DNA of 63,973 nucleotides, filler included, from Lenisia limosa (Eukaryota; Protista; Breviatea): assembly GCA_001655205.1 (NCBI GenBank). It is 12 parts of 12 records of this genome, joined end to end, with 100 filler letters (N's around TTAATTAATTAA, not from the genome) between each part and the next. Parts side by side here need not be neighbours in the genome. Positions count along the whole stretch, not along the records: positions 50,545 to 53,452 come from LPNZ01003912.1; positions 53,553 to 54,631 come from LPNZ01009429.1; positions 54,732 to 57,831 come from LPNZ01002895.1; positions 57,932 to 63,973 come from LPNZ01006573.1; 8 more parts are not named here. The stretch is one strand, 5' to 3'. Every line of letters starts with the position of its first letter. The first letter of the stretch is position 1. Positions 50,920 to 62,100 of the stretch are shown here, in pieces. Made by a program: the position numbers and the translations under genes. The notes below the pieces were generated by a model, which saw nothing but the letters and a program-made list of their open reading frames with translations, did not search any database and was not told where the DNA came from.

Positions 50920-53035
50920 TTGAGTGAGTGATTGCGCATTGCTCCAACCGAAAAGGGCACAACATTGCCGGAAATGGAAGACGGGGCAGGGTCGAGCGTG
51001 ATAGTAGCCCGTGCTGACATGTGTGTAACCGTGTTGTTTGCTTGGTCAATCTGGAGGGGGGTGAGGAGGACGACAGGAGTAAAAATGGAAATGGATTACT
51101 GAAAGCATTGGANNNNNNNNNNNNNNNNNNNNNNNNNNNNNNNNNNNNNNNNNNNNNNNNNNNNNNNNNNNNNNNNNNNNNNNNNNNNNNNNNNNNNNNN
51201 NNNNNNNNNNNNNNNNNNNNNNNNNNNNNNNNNNNNNNNNNNNNNGAACAAAAAAAGGGGGCCCATAGAGAGTCGGGGAATATGGGAACAGAAGTCGAGC
51301 CGCAAATACTATCATATCATATCATATGTATTAGTTTTTATAGTGGACCTTATACAGACAAATATACATATATTATGCACATATACATATGTATAAGGTA
51401 TACTATAGCGTGTAATATACACATTAGATATATGATATATTATCAGCTTACTAGAAGAATTTGGGGGACCGGCAAAACAGGGTCATCATTGTTGAACGTT
51501 TGTGCTGGCACTGGCGTTACTATCTTGATAGCAGTTGGAAGAGACGTTTGAACGAACGTTCTAGGGAGATTGTAAGTAGGCTCCGTGCAATTAAGTCTTT
51601 TTCGAACCGAAATGAAGCCTTCACCAAGACCTTAGCCTACAAGCACTGTGAGGACGTCGACGATGACGAGAAACAGATATCATAGGCCCCTGCGCTGGTT
51701 GCTGGTACCTCAAGGATGGCCACCTGGTGAAATGACTCTTTTTGAGGAATTTTTTTAACAAAAAATTCGATGACCGCATCACTATTATGTAGAAAGCTGT
51801 GTACAGAGTTGTAAGGCAAATGATTGGGTGAATTAATGCTTCATGACAAGCCTACACACATTATTACTAAAATATGTAAAAAAAAAATCACGACACACCC
51901 ACATCCATAAAAACGTGGAGCAGATTTAGCTCAACCGGTGGGGTTGTCATATAGCTTGCTGAGAAGTGTCTGGTCAAGATGAGTTACAGAACAGCCAATA
52001 GAGAAGTAGAACAACAGAGACAAAGACATACAGTGACCGAATAAGTCTTGAACGATTTTCCTGAGGAAATATTATCATTTAGCAAATCGATCAAGGCTTA
52101 TCCCGATCACGATATATTAGTGTAATTATAATTGTTTTAAATACGGGCATTTTCCCTTTTTCCCAAACTCACGAAGATGAGAAGTGCCGGCCATCAACTC
52201 CAATAAAACAGCCCTCGTCTGAGCATGATGTGGGGTAAACGCTGTCCACAACCTAAAGATATTGGCGGGTTATTTTTTAATTTTTAAGACGGAATGTTTT
52301 TTTTTTCTATTTGGTAATTCTTGTGTTATATTGTTCCAGTTTGTTTTTAAAGCATCTCTTTTGCGTATTTAAGACTTTACGAGATATCCAATTGCCATTT
52401 ATGTGATATTTTCTTGAAACCCACCATATTTTTTATGAATTCATCCTGTACGTACAAATATGTCTATGATTAATATATACAACATCTTTGTAATACCACG
52501 ATGGCACCTATAAAGTAGTTCTATTTTTTCTTCACATCCAACATATCTTCATCTCTTGTTATGTATTATATATATATCATATAGCTACATGTAGATCTTA
52601 TTTGTCCAATATTTTTTTGTAAAAAATACATATTAATTACAATAATATAATCCCATGTTTCCTTGACTCACCATATCTTCGACCCGGACAGTAATGGTGT
52701 TATCATTGAGGTTTTCAACAGGGTAAAAGACTTGGCCATCAAGCGAGATGTCCAGCTGGAGTAGTAAGTACATATATAAAGACGATCAAATCAATATCAC
52801 GTAAAAGAAGGATATATACGAATCGATTAAATGATTAAAGTCAAAAAGACAGAATATCCAGCTAAAGTGGTCAGTGTATGGGAAATGCCCAAGTAGCGAT
52901 ATACATAAAAAAAACAGAAAATCGAAATATGCATGACTTTTCAGCGGCTAATAAATGTGTCAATAAATGTGCCCACAGTATACTCCACAACGCTGCTCTC
53001 CGGCGGGGACGGTAAGGTGCATTCCGTGTTACCTA
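50920..53035 (-). CDS. Cell-surface protein fragment with Ig-like/IPT-type beta segments
   Basis: Minus-strand exons GNTECTLPSPP, LDISLDGQVFYPVENLNDNTITVRVED, VAILEVPATSAGAYDICFS and IDQANNTVTHMSARATITLDP. The SLDGQ.F segment recalls the IPT/TIG S.NG..F motif. Confidence 0.45.
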
Positions 53036-53627
53036 AAACGCATTAAATAGGCAGGAAGGAGGGGTGGTGGTGGTGTAAAATTAGACAATAATGAAACAAT
53101 TCCATTATCAACTCTTTTGGCTGACAACACACGTGGTTTGAGAACAACAAAACAAACAAAGCCTAGGCCAGTCACTTCTGCAGCACCGCATCCCATCTCC
53201 AGCGTACATAAAATAGAACGCTGTACTTGTATTTCATATCTGAGCCCCCACTATACTATTCATCCCTACCAGTAAACCTTATACCCAGGGCTTGCCTAGG
53301 GTCAGAAAAAAACCGGCAAAAAAAAACTGGCAAAAAAAAACCGGTATTGTCTTAATTGGGACCGAAGGGTAATTATACCCCTTATACCCTCCCCACCAGA
53401 GGCGTCAAAACTAGCTGTACTGAAACTGACTTGCTCAATACCCTCATTTTTGNNNNNNNNNNNNNNNNNNNNNNNNNNNNNNNNNNNNNNNNNNNNTTAA
53501 TTAATTAANNNNNNNNNNNNNNNNNNNNNNNNNNNNNNNNNNNNNNNNNNNNGGGGGGGGGGGGGCAAGGAATAAAACAAACCCTCACATCTCAGTTATC
53601 CCTTCTATCCCCACTTAACACCACCTA

Positions 53628-54562
53628 GATCTACCCCCAGAACGACAGAAAGAAGTCACATTGGCTCTGCGAACGCCTAGATATTCCGGCCAATACTGTG
53701 TTCTCTCTCATACCCAAGGCTGGAAGTGGGTGGGGGGTTATATACTCTTGGTTTTATTGTGTTGTTTTTAACAGCTGTGTGTTTCCGAAATACTGCCAAC
53801 ATAGTTGATTCGGGGTAACAAATTTGTCATTTCAGAAGCGACTGGCCTGGGTTTTGTTTGTTTTGTTATCAACCCTCGTGTGTGCCTGATTTTGAGCTTT
53901 TTTGTGTTGGGTAATTTTTTTTCAATTACACTCCCCCNNNNNNNNNNNNNNNNNNNNNGACCTTCATGTTCTGGCCACTGTTTGTGGGTTTGTAAAACGC
54001 TATCATGTATTGAAATAGTTGATTTTGCTTTATTTGTATGAGTGTTGTCATGAGTTGATTTTGGCTTCGTTTCATGATTTTTTTTTTCAAATAATGACCC
54101 CGCTAAACGCAACAGTTGTTGAGACTTCCCGCTTCCCGCAGCCGACCGTAATTCAGGACGCATTCATGAAGTACATCGACATTACGAGCCCTGTGGGGGA
54201 GGGGGGGGGTTAAGAGCAAGAACGTAATTGTATCAAATAATTAAGGAGGACAAATACAATAATACACATAGGGCTTCACTTCTTCGAATAATACCAGTAA
54301 AATATCGATAATTTTCGTGGATTTATCGAGAAATTCAGTCTTTTTTTAGATTAAATAAGCGGTTGCACAAAAATAATTTGGATTGAAAGGGGTTGCNNNN
54401 NNNNNNTGTTTCATTCATTAAATTGCCCAATTTCATCCCCCAGTCCGAGTACTCTCGCGTACTAGAGGACCACATCACAATCGTGGACTGTCTCCGGGAC
54501 TTCCCCTCTGTCCATCCCCCGCCCGAGTCCATTTTGGCCCTTCTCCCCAAGCTGGCTCCGAG
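53628..54562 (+). CDS. NADPH-cytochrome P450 reductase-like diflavin reductase, FAD/connecting-domain fragment
   Basis: IYPQNDRKK..LCERLDIPANTVFSL, FPQPTVIQDAFMKYIDITSP and TIVDCLRDFPSVHPPPESILALLPKLAP(R) parallel CPR VYPANDS, PCPTSYRTALTYYLDITNPP and LPRLQARYYS. Confidence 0.8.
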
Positions 54563-54631
54563 GTCTGGGGGTGTGGATGAAGAGGTCTGGGGATGTGGAT
54601 GAAGAGGTCTGGGGATGTGGATGAAGAGGTC
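54560..54631 (+). repeat. 22-bp tandem repeat x3 starting at a splice donor
   Basis: Unit gaggtctggggatgtggatgaa; the first copy spans the exon end ccgag|gtctgggg. Confidence 0.9.
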
Positions 54632-54869
54632 NNNNNNNNNNNNNNNNNNNNNNNNNNNNNNNNNNNNNNNNNNNNTTAATTAATTAANNNNNNNNNNNNN
54701 NNNNNNNNNNNNNNNNNNNNNNNNNNNNNNNGAGACACCCCCTTCACTGTCATCCTTGAAGCAAAGTCACCAATGTGGGTACCGTTTTTTGTTTGTCATT
54801 ATTGTCCAGTTAGTCACTTATATGATTTTGTTCCTCGTATCATCACCATTATCATCATCACCATCATCC

Positions 54870-55705
54870 CCCCCACCCATCTTCACTCGCGCTGCTGAAA
54901 GATTGTCAAAAGAGGCTTGGGCTCTGATTGTTTTGTTGTTCAACCGCATGTGTTGTCAGCTGCAACAGAGTTGATTGGGCTTTTTTTTTTGGTTTCGTAA
55001 ATCCCCCCCCCCCTCCCTTTCTTACACGCTATTTTTATTCATCCAGCCCTCTCACGAGCGCGATGGGAGTCTTCGAGCGGAATTTCAAGCGTTTCAAGGC
55101 GGCGATGAGGCTATTTATTGGTTGTGTATTAGTGGACATTTTGTGTACAATATAAATATCTAGGTTTTTACGTTCATCCCCCTCCATCACAACGGCGCAT
55201 CGACTTGAGATTCTTGTGTGGAATTCCCATATTTGACATGGGAATCCCACGATCCCATTCTCTATGGAATCTTGAAGACATTTATGGGATTCTCAAATCA
55301 TATATAATACATGTGAGGGAATCCGAAGTCGATGCGCCGTAGTGCACCAGCCCCCCACACCTCTTCTCCTCCTTCCATCACCCTTAGTACTCAATAAACC
55401 TAATATTTTTGCTGGCCACATCGAAAACGAAAAATTGAGAACAATAGGTAGGGGGGGGGGGNNNNNNNNNNNNNNNNNNNNNNNNNNNNNNNNNNNNNNN
55501 NNNNNNNNNNNNNNNNNNNNNNNNNNNNNNNNNNNNNNNNNNNNNNNNNNNNNNNNNNNAGAGGTATAGCAATTTGAAATAGATTAAAGAAAAAGGGTCT
55601 GGATCCGTCGACCCCATCACGTTTAAGAAATTCCTTATTTCCCAATCATGCCTTACAACAGTGAACACAGCTTTTCCCGTCCCTAAGCTCAACAACCATC
55701 ATTGA
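54870..55705 (+). CDS. Hypothetical protein, C-terminal exons
   Basis: AG/GT-bounded segments and a terminal DPITFKKFLISQSCLTTVNTAFPVPKLNNHH*. No family recognised. Confidence 0.35.
55192..55340. mobile_element. Hairpin element family F (acggcgcatcgactt…aagtcgatgcgccgt)
   Basis: Perfect 15-bp terminal inverted repeat. A degenerate second copy lies at ~55978-56080. Confidence 0.65.
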
Positions 55706-56641
55706 TGGCTAGTACGAAGTTCCCTGAATATTTACATGGGACTACTGAAAGGCGGAACATTTTATTACTCAGAGAGTAACCTAAAATGAACCCCTTAATT
55801 TCAGGGAAGACGAAGTATGGAAGAATAGAAGGACTAATCCAACTTAATCCACTCTCAGAATAACCTTCCCTTTTTTATACAACCCTGAGGTATGCCTAAT
55901 CATTTGTGCACTTCTCCCAATGACCCGCTCATAGGCTACTCTTGGATGTGTGAGACACCGGAGTGTTAGTTTTGGGCAACCGGCGCATCGACCTGGAATT
56001 CTTATGAAAATGTTGGAATTATCGTATTTCTATTTTACATGGTGGGATCCCATGGCATATAAGGGAATCCCAAGTCGATACAAGCCTTTTGTTAAAGTGG
56101 AACGGGACTATCATCCATCACCTAGAAAACATATTTTTACTGTTGCTTTCTTCCCCTTTCCCTGAAGTCACACCTCATCTAGTGGGTCTCCGAGCACCTA
56201 GTGTGTTCCGGGACAGGTGTCGATATATTTCATGCATATTATTTTTCTTGTTAAAAAATCTGCGCCCATTAGTTATCTTGTATAAAGTCATGGCAATGAG
56301 ACACACTGACACCCAAGACAACTTAATCCAGTGAAAATAATTATTGACGATACCAACTAACATAAAACGTTTAGTTGCAGAGGGAACTGATGGTTCACTG
56401 TAATAATCACAATGACTGATAGTCCAGTAAAATTGCATCTTGAAGATTCGATTGATAGCGGTGGACTTTGTCGTTCTGTGAACGTGAAAATAATTTGTAT
56501 TGTCAAAGTTCTGGGCATTATTGAAAATTATATTGTTTGCCTATGATATTTTTGATTATTATGATGTTTAAACCTGGTTCAAGCAAATGATTCTTCTGAT
56601 TATTTATTGATATGATGTTCTACGAAACTGATAATAATAAT

Positions 56642-56776
56642 TAGGGCTCTGTGCAATAATTGTTTTGAGGAAATTAATTGAGAAAGTTTGAAATGAAAGT
56701 GTCTGAAAAGAGGTTCTGGTACAATATGTCCACTTCAAATATTGAAAATAATTGTTCAATATTGCACCGAGCCCTA
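56642..56776. mobile_element. ~135-bp MITE family D (TA-GGGCTCTGTGCAATA…TATTGCACCGAGCCC-TA)
   Basis: Terminal inverted repeats with TA flanks. Related copies at ~57157-57287 and ~13815-13911. Confidence 0.75.
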
Positions 56777-59179
56777 ATAATCACATAATAGAGTTGAAAA
56801 AAGAGTCTCCAGCCGTACTTATAAGCGTTATTGGATTATTTATCAAATTTACAATGTAAAAAACCTACCAAGAGAAAATAATCCAACAAACAACTTTAAA
56901 TTAGCTATTCATATGTATATAACAGTCGAGTATTGTAATGAAAGTGTTAAAGCTAATGAAATTGTAAAACAAACCAGTAGTCACATGTAACTATGCTAGG
57001 TGGGACAAGGACCCATGGAGTACTAATATTCATCTAGACTTGAATTCCCTTATACCTCGCAATGATGTGTGATATGTACACGTATTTTTTATTATTAAAA
57101 GCTATTAGTGAAATAGTAGAACAACCCAGTAGTCCACCTAGATTTATTTAATATAGCAGGGCTCCATACAGTAATTTTTTGAGGAAATTAATTGACAAAA
57201 TTAGAAATTAAAATATCTGGAATTGGGTTCTCGTCACAATATGTCCGACTTCAAATATTGAAATTCTTTTTCGATTACACGGAACCCAAATAAAAAGCTA
57301 TTCGTGAACTAGTAGAACAAACCAATCCACCCACACATTCAGCACCCTTTTGCATGAGGTGGTTCGCAACGCCCAAGTTCCCTCGCATTGCAGCATAGGT
57401 AAGCGGGGTGTGTCCCTGTTTCATGAGTATTTGCGGAAATGTCGGCTTATTATTACTTATTATTTCGCTATTAGTAAAAAATTGGCTTATTCATGGATCT
57501 CCACCACCCCCAAAGCCAGATTCACGAAATATGTAGTATTTTTCCTCAGAATTCCTTCAAAATTCCTTCAAGTAAAAACACCCAGAATCAACTCTGTGCT
57601 AACATTTGAAAATAAAAAAATATCATAACTATAAATTCTCAATAGAAACTATGATCATAAAGAGTCTCTATTGAAACTAGGCGGTGTTCACAAGTAGGCA
57701 CGTAGAAAGCTCTGTGCATAGAGTTATATAAGGTAAATGATTGCAGAATTAGTAAAACACAATATCTCTTATAATCGTGATAGTGTGAACTACCTTATTA
57801 TTATATTTCTCATCTCTCTAGATTAAATTCANNNNNNNNNNNNNNNNNNNNNNNNNNNNNNNNNNNNNNNNNNNNTTAATTAATTAANNNNNNNNNNNNN
57901 NNNNNNNNNNNNNNNNNNNNNNNNNNNNNNNAGAGAGAGACCATTTTATACTGTATCATATCCTACACTCTACTTCTAAACCTCTCTCTCCCTCCCCACA
58001 CACACCAATCCAACACGCTCATGAATACACATTCTACCCCCACCATTTATTAGTTCTGAAACACAATAGCCTGTCACTAAGGCTTCACTTCAGTTCGAAA
58101 AAAGACTGAATTTCTCGATAAATCCTCGAATACTCTTCGATTATGACGGCCTTTTCGAACCGAAGTGAAGCCTTACCTGTCACCCCGCCCCGACCTGTTT
58201 CGGTTGCGCCTCGGGTCCCGGAGGCAGCCCTGGGTGCTCCGAAGGGTGGGAGGAGGCCTGAGGTGGCACGGGCCGGGATTGGCTCAAGGGAGCCTGGTTA
58301 CCTAGGTAGTCTCGGGGAGCAACGGCGTGGGGGTGAGACTGATCCCACGACCGCGGAGGCTGGGTTGGTTGCTCAGTTGTTTTGGGAAGCCCTAAATTAT
58401 GACTTTTTGGAATGGTTCAATCATTTGAATTGCAAAAAAACCTGGTTTAAATGATCTTATTCTCCTTCGTTTTTCAAGAATTGCTGTTTTGTGAAACATG
58501 GGGGCACACACACCACAGCTCAAACCTCATCACCTCTCTCACATTTTACAGCTCCCCACTCCATAAGCATTACCATAACCCATACATATTAAACAATATG
58601 GTACTAATGTGTATTTGATTCCCTTGTCTTGTATTGAATACATATTGTTTTTTAAAAAAACCCCAGCCCTCTCCCATACGTATTGGAGCGTTTGATGGTC
58701 TGACAAACTTCTTACGCACAACTGAAACCTGGCCCTATAAACGTTAAATTTAGCAATAAAAAAAAAAGAAGGTTGTATCTGGCCGAAGACGTCCACACCA
58801 TCACACTAGTAAGAGATATTGAATTATAGCATAATATAAATTTCATTTGCCTTACAACTAGGGATAATTATTGAAGTTAGAATGGTGTTTGTGATAGTAT
58901 GTAGGAAAAAAAAGAATGAAAAATGGATTACCGAAAAACTATCTCATTTTAACAGATATTAATTAGAGTATAATAGTAATCCAAAAGATTCCTAAACAAG
59001 AAGAAGAAACAAAATAAATGGTCAAAAAAAAAAAACACTCAAGAGGCACGAGTAATAATCCCGGTTCTCCATGAGAAAACACCACGAAAGTCTAATAACA
59101 GTAGTTTTACAAAAGGCAGCTTCCCCATCATCATTCCCAAAATAGAAACCCAATCCCTCCAAACATTCTGAATAACTTC

Positions 59180-62100
59180 TGTGAAGCTGTCTTCGTCCGA
59201 GTCGGATAGCGTCATTCTATTCAATCAAGGAGGTATTTTGATTGTATTATATTGATATTGCTCTTCTCCTCTGTTGAGTGATTCAAAAGGACACGATAAG
59301 TCCAGAGCCGTTAGGAGATCATGCTAGTTGAAGTGCAATACCCGCACTTCATCAAGAAATCAATCTAAGAATAATACTACTTTCGGTTTATACTGAAAAG
59401 AAGCAAGCTGGGGTCCATGGTGAGAAAAGTACATTCAGACTTAATAACTCGATAAATAAACCGAAAATTATCGATATAAATATGTCCTTCATAGACTGTC
59501 CTTTGTTTTGCACAATTCCTTTTCAAAACCATGCTCATTGTCAATAGTGCTAAAGAACGATAACATTCAGGACGTCTTCTCTCTGAAACCAACGTAATAG
59601 TGTTCACTAAATTCCCCAAGGCCACTCTGGGCTCCCCCTAGCTTGCATTTGTCGTTACTTACTTGACAGTTTATGAACATGAACGAGTCTAAGCGTGTTG
59701 ATATCCCCAAGGCAATGCCATCTCCTGAGGTCAGCTGTCATTGAGATCATGCCGCCAAAACCCCCAAGCCAACAGAGCTGTGGTTGCCCTCATTCAATCA
59801 TTCTTTAGTTATTATGTTGTCACATTTGCTTCTGGGGCATTTCAATATCTTGCTCCAGATATTCATTTGGCATGATCACTTTTCTGTCTAACCTCCCAGT
59901 CGCCTGTCTCGCAATCCATTGGTGCCCACCCTAGCAAGCCGCCTTCTCTTTCCTCAAGCGCTGCTTCAAAGGTTTGTCATGTGGATTTACACAGAACTAT
60001 AGAATGTGTATTATTTTTTTTAATGACATAAAAGGTAATAATTAAGTTTGCATCATTTCATCTTCTTACTTTACACTCACTTTCAACACACTGACAATTG
60101 TTGCTGGCGCTTATTTCACTTTTTTTTTCGAGCTGTTATCCCTTTGTCAATACTTATTGTATTTAGCCTTTTGTACAGCTTGCTGTTGTATATCTGATCG
60201 AAAATAAAATATATTTCGAGTATGTATTGTAACACCCTTTCATCATCTCTTCATTTAGCAAAACCAAAACTTGTATTCGATTATATACTATATTGAGATG
60301 TTATGTAAAGCGGCCATAATTAAAATCTGAATTTCTGTCACGTATTATTACCCCTTTACCCCAACATAAGCAACCTGCACGGACATTCAACATACCGCCT
60401 ACATATCATACCGCAGGCCCAGCTCAGACAACAGAGTCCACTTGTGCAGCAACATGCATTGCGTATGGCCCAGCAGTTTGCGAGCCCGAGAGGTGATTGG
60501 GATAGAGATATTGAAGAGCTTAGTGGGAGGGATATCAACTATTGAAGATTTGAGTTGGATAGAGACATAAATGGATAAAGGCATATTGTATTTGAAGAGG
60601 TGAGTGGGATAGAGACAAATTATCATTGAAGTGTTGGTTTGCCAAATGGTACAATACTACAACTTATTCATATACATTGATCATTTGGGCTTACTATTGC
60701 TTCCATAATGGGTCTCATTTCCCCCTGTAGGCGGACCTGTTTTTGCCCAGCGAGGTGCAACAGCAAGTCGAATGTTTGGACGCTCCCCTCCCTCATTAAA
60801 CCGTCCCTCCCCTGCCCAACTGAACAGACCATCACCATCATCCTTGAACCGCCCCATACCCACTGCGTTAACTAGACCCTCTTCCCAAGCCAGTCGTCCG
60901 TCCCCCAGCGCTTCACCCACAGTATGAAGGGGCTTAACTTGTTTGGGTAATGAGCTCTAAACCGAATCTGTACAGTGACTGCAATACGTTGACAAGGGTT
61001 TCGCTTTGGCTCGAAAAAGACAGGTAAAACATCGATGGTTTTCGAGGATTTATCGAAAAAATCCGTCTTTTTTCGAACCAGAGAGAAGCCCATCCATCAG
61101 ACTCGAACTGACCATCATATTTGGCCAAGACGTAACACCATTGTCCCTTCATACTGTATCTTGAATTCAGTTTCATTTAATCCCCTTAATACTTACATCC
61201 CCAGACCTATACAGCTGGATCTCTTATGGCCAAGTCAGCCCCTGTTACTCCCCCGAAATCCGCCCCACCCCGAATTGCCTCGCCCCCCGTTGNNNNNNNN
61301 NNNNNNNNNNNNNNNNNNNNNNNNNNNNNNNNNNNNNNNNNNNNNNNNNNNNNNNNNNNNNNNNNGGTATTGATATTGCTTGGGATAATGGTATTGTTGA
61401 CATAATTAGCAAGATATACAGTGACCCGTAACCATATGATTTCCCTAGGAAAATCGGTAAAGACTTATCTCGGCCACTATAATTAACAGTTCTATGATTG
61501 GGTAACTTGCAAGTTACCTACTATTTCATCACATTCTTTGCAATTTTGTTCGTAACGTTTCAGTTCTCCCAGCTCAACCTCATCAGTGTTTGACAAACTG
61601 GATTTCCTGAACTCTTTCAAAGCGCCTTCTGCAGGTATTTGGGTCTCGTTATGTCTCATAACTAGTGATTCACACCGATCCTGAAAATGATTGAATTTCA
61701 CGATTAATCATTGGTTTCTTCAAGTATTAAAATTTATTTAGGTAGATTTTAAGTGGCATCATTTTCCTGTTTAGATTTAACATGATTTTCTCTTTTCTTT
61801 CTTTGATTAAGTCTTTTTCTTTTTCTATTGACTAAGTCTTTTTTACGCTCTTCCCACTTTCTTAACCCAGCATGATATGTAGTTACCCCCAACAAATAGG
61901 AACTTTAATTCCCTCCTTCCCCCTTTATTAATATTAACCCCACAGGATCGGTGAGCCAAGGATCGCCCCCAAAAAGGAAGGGTAGCGCTCCGCCTCTTTT
62001 GACTCGAGGGCGAGGGCGGGGAGGTGGGAATGGCTATCAGTGCACTGTGTCATTTATTTCATTAGATTAGCTCTACAAACTAATATTCTGCTGTTTGTAT

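Noticed and set aside
55020-55055. RYFYSSSPL as the CPR RYYSISSS motif continuing the reductase
   Set aside because: It lies on a different scaffold and the bases are the pyrimidine tract and acceptor of an intron.
2531-57887. Recurrent TTAATTAATTAA as a biological repeat or insertion-site motif
   Set aside because: Always embedded in fixed-length N blocks and encodes six-frame stops, so it is an assembly concatenation spacer. Synteny across it was not interpreted.
61492-61701. Minus-strand coiled-coil-looking ORF
   Set aside because: Overlaps a plus-strand exon (cag|ttctccc…ctgcag|gtatt) consistent with neighbouring plus-strand exons.
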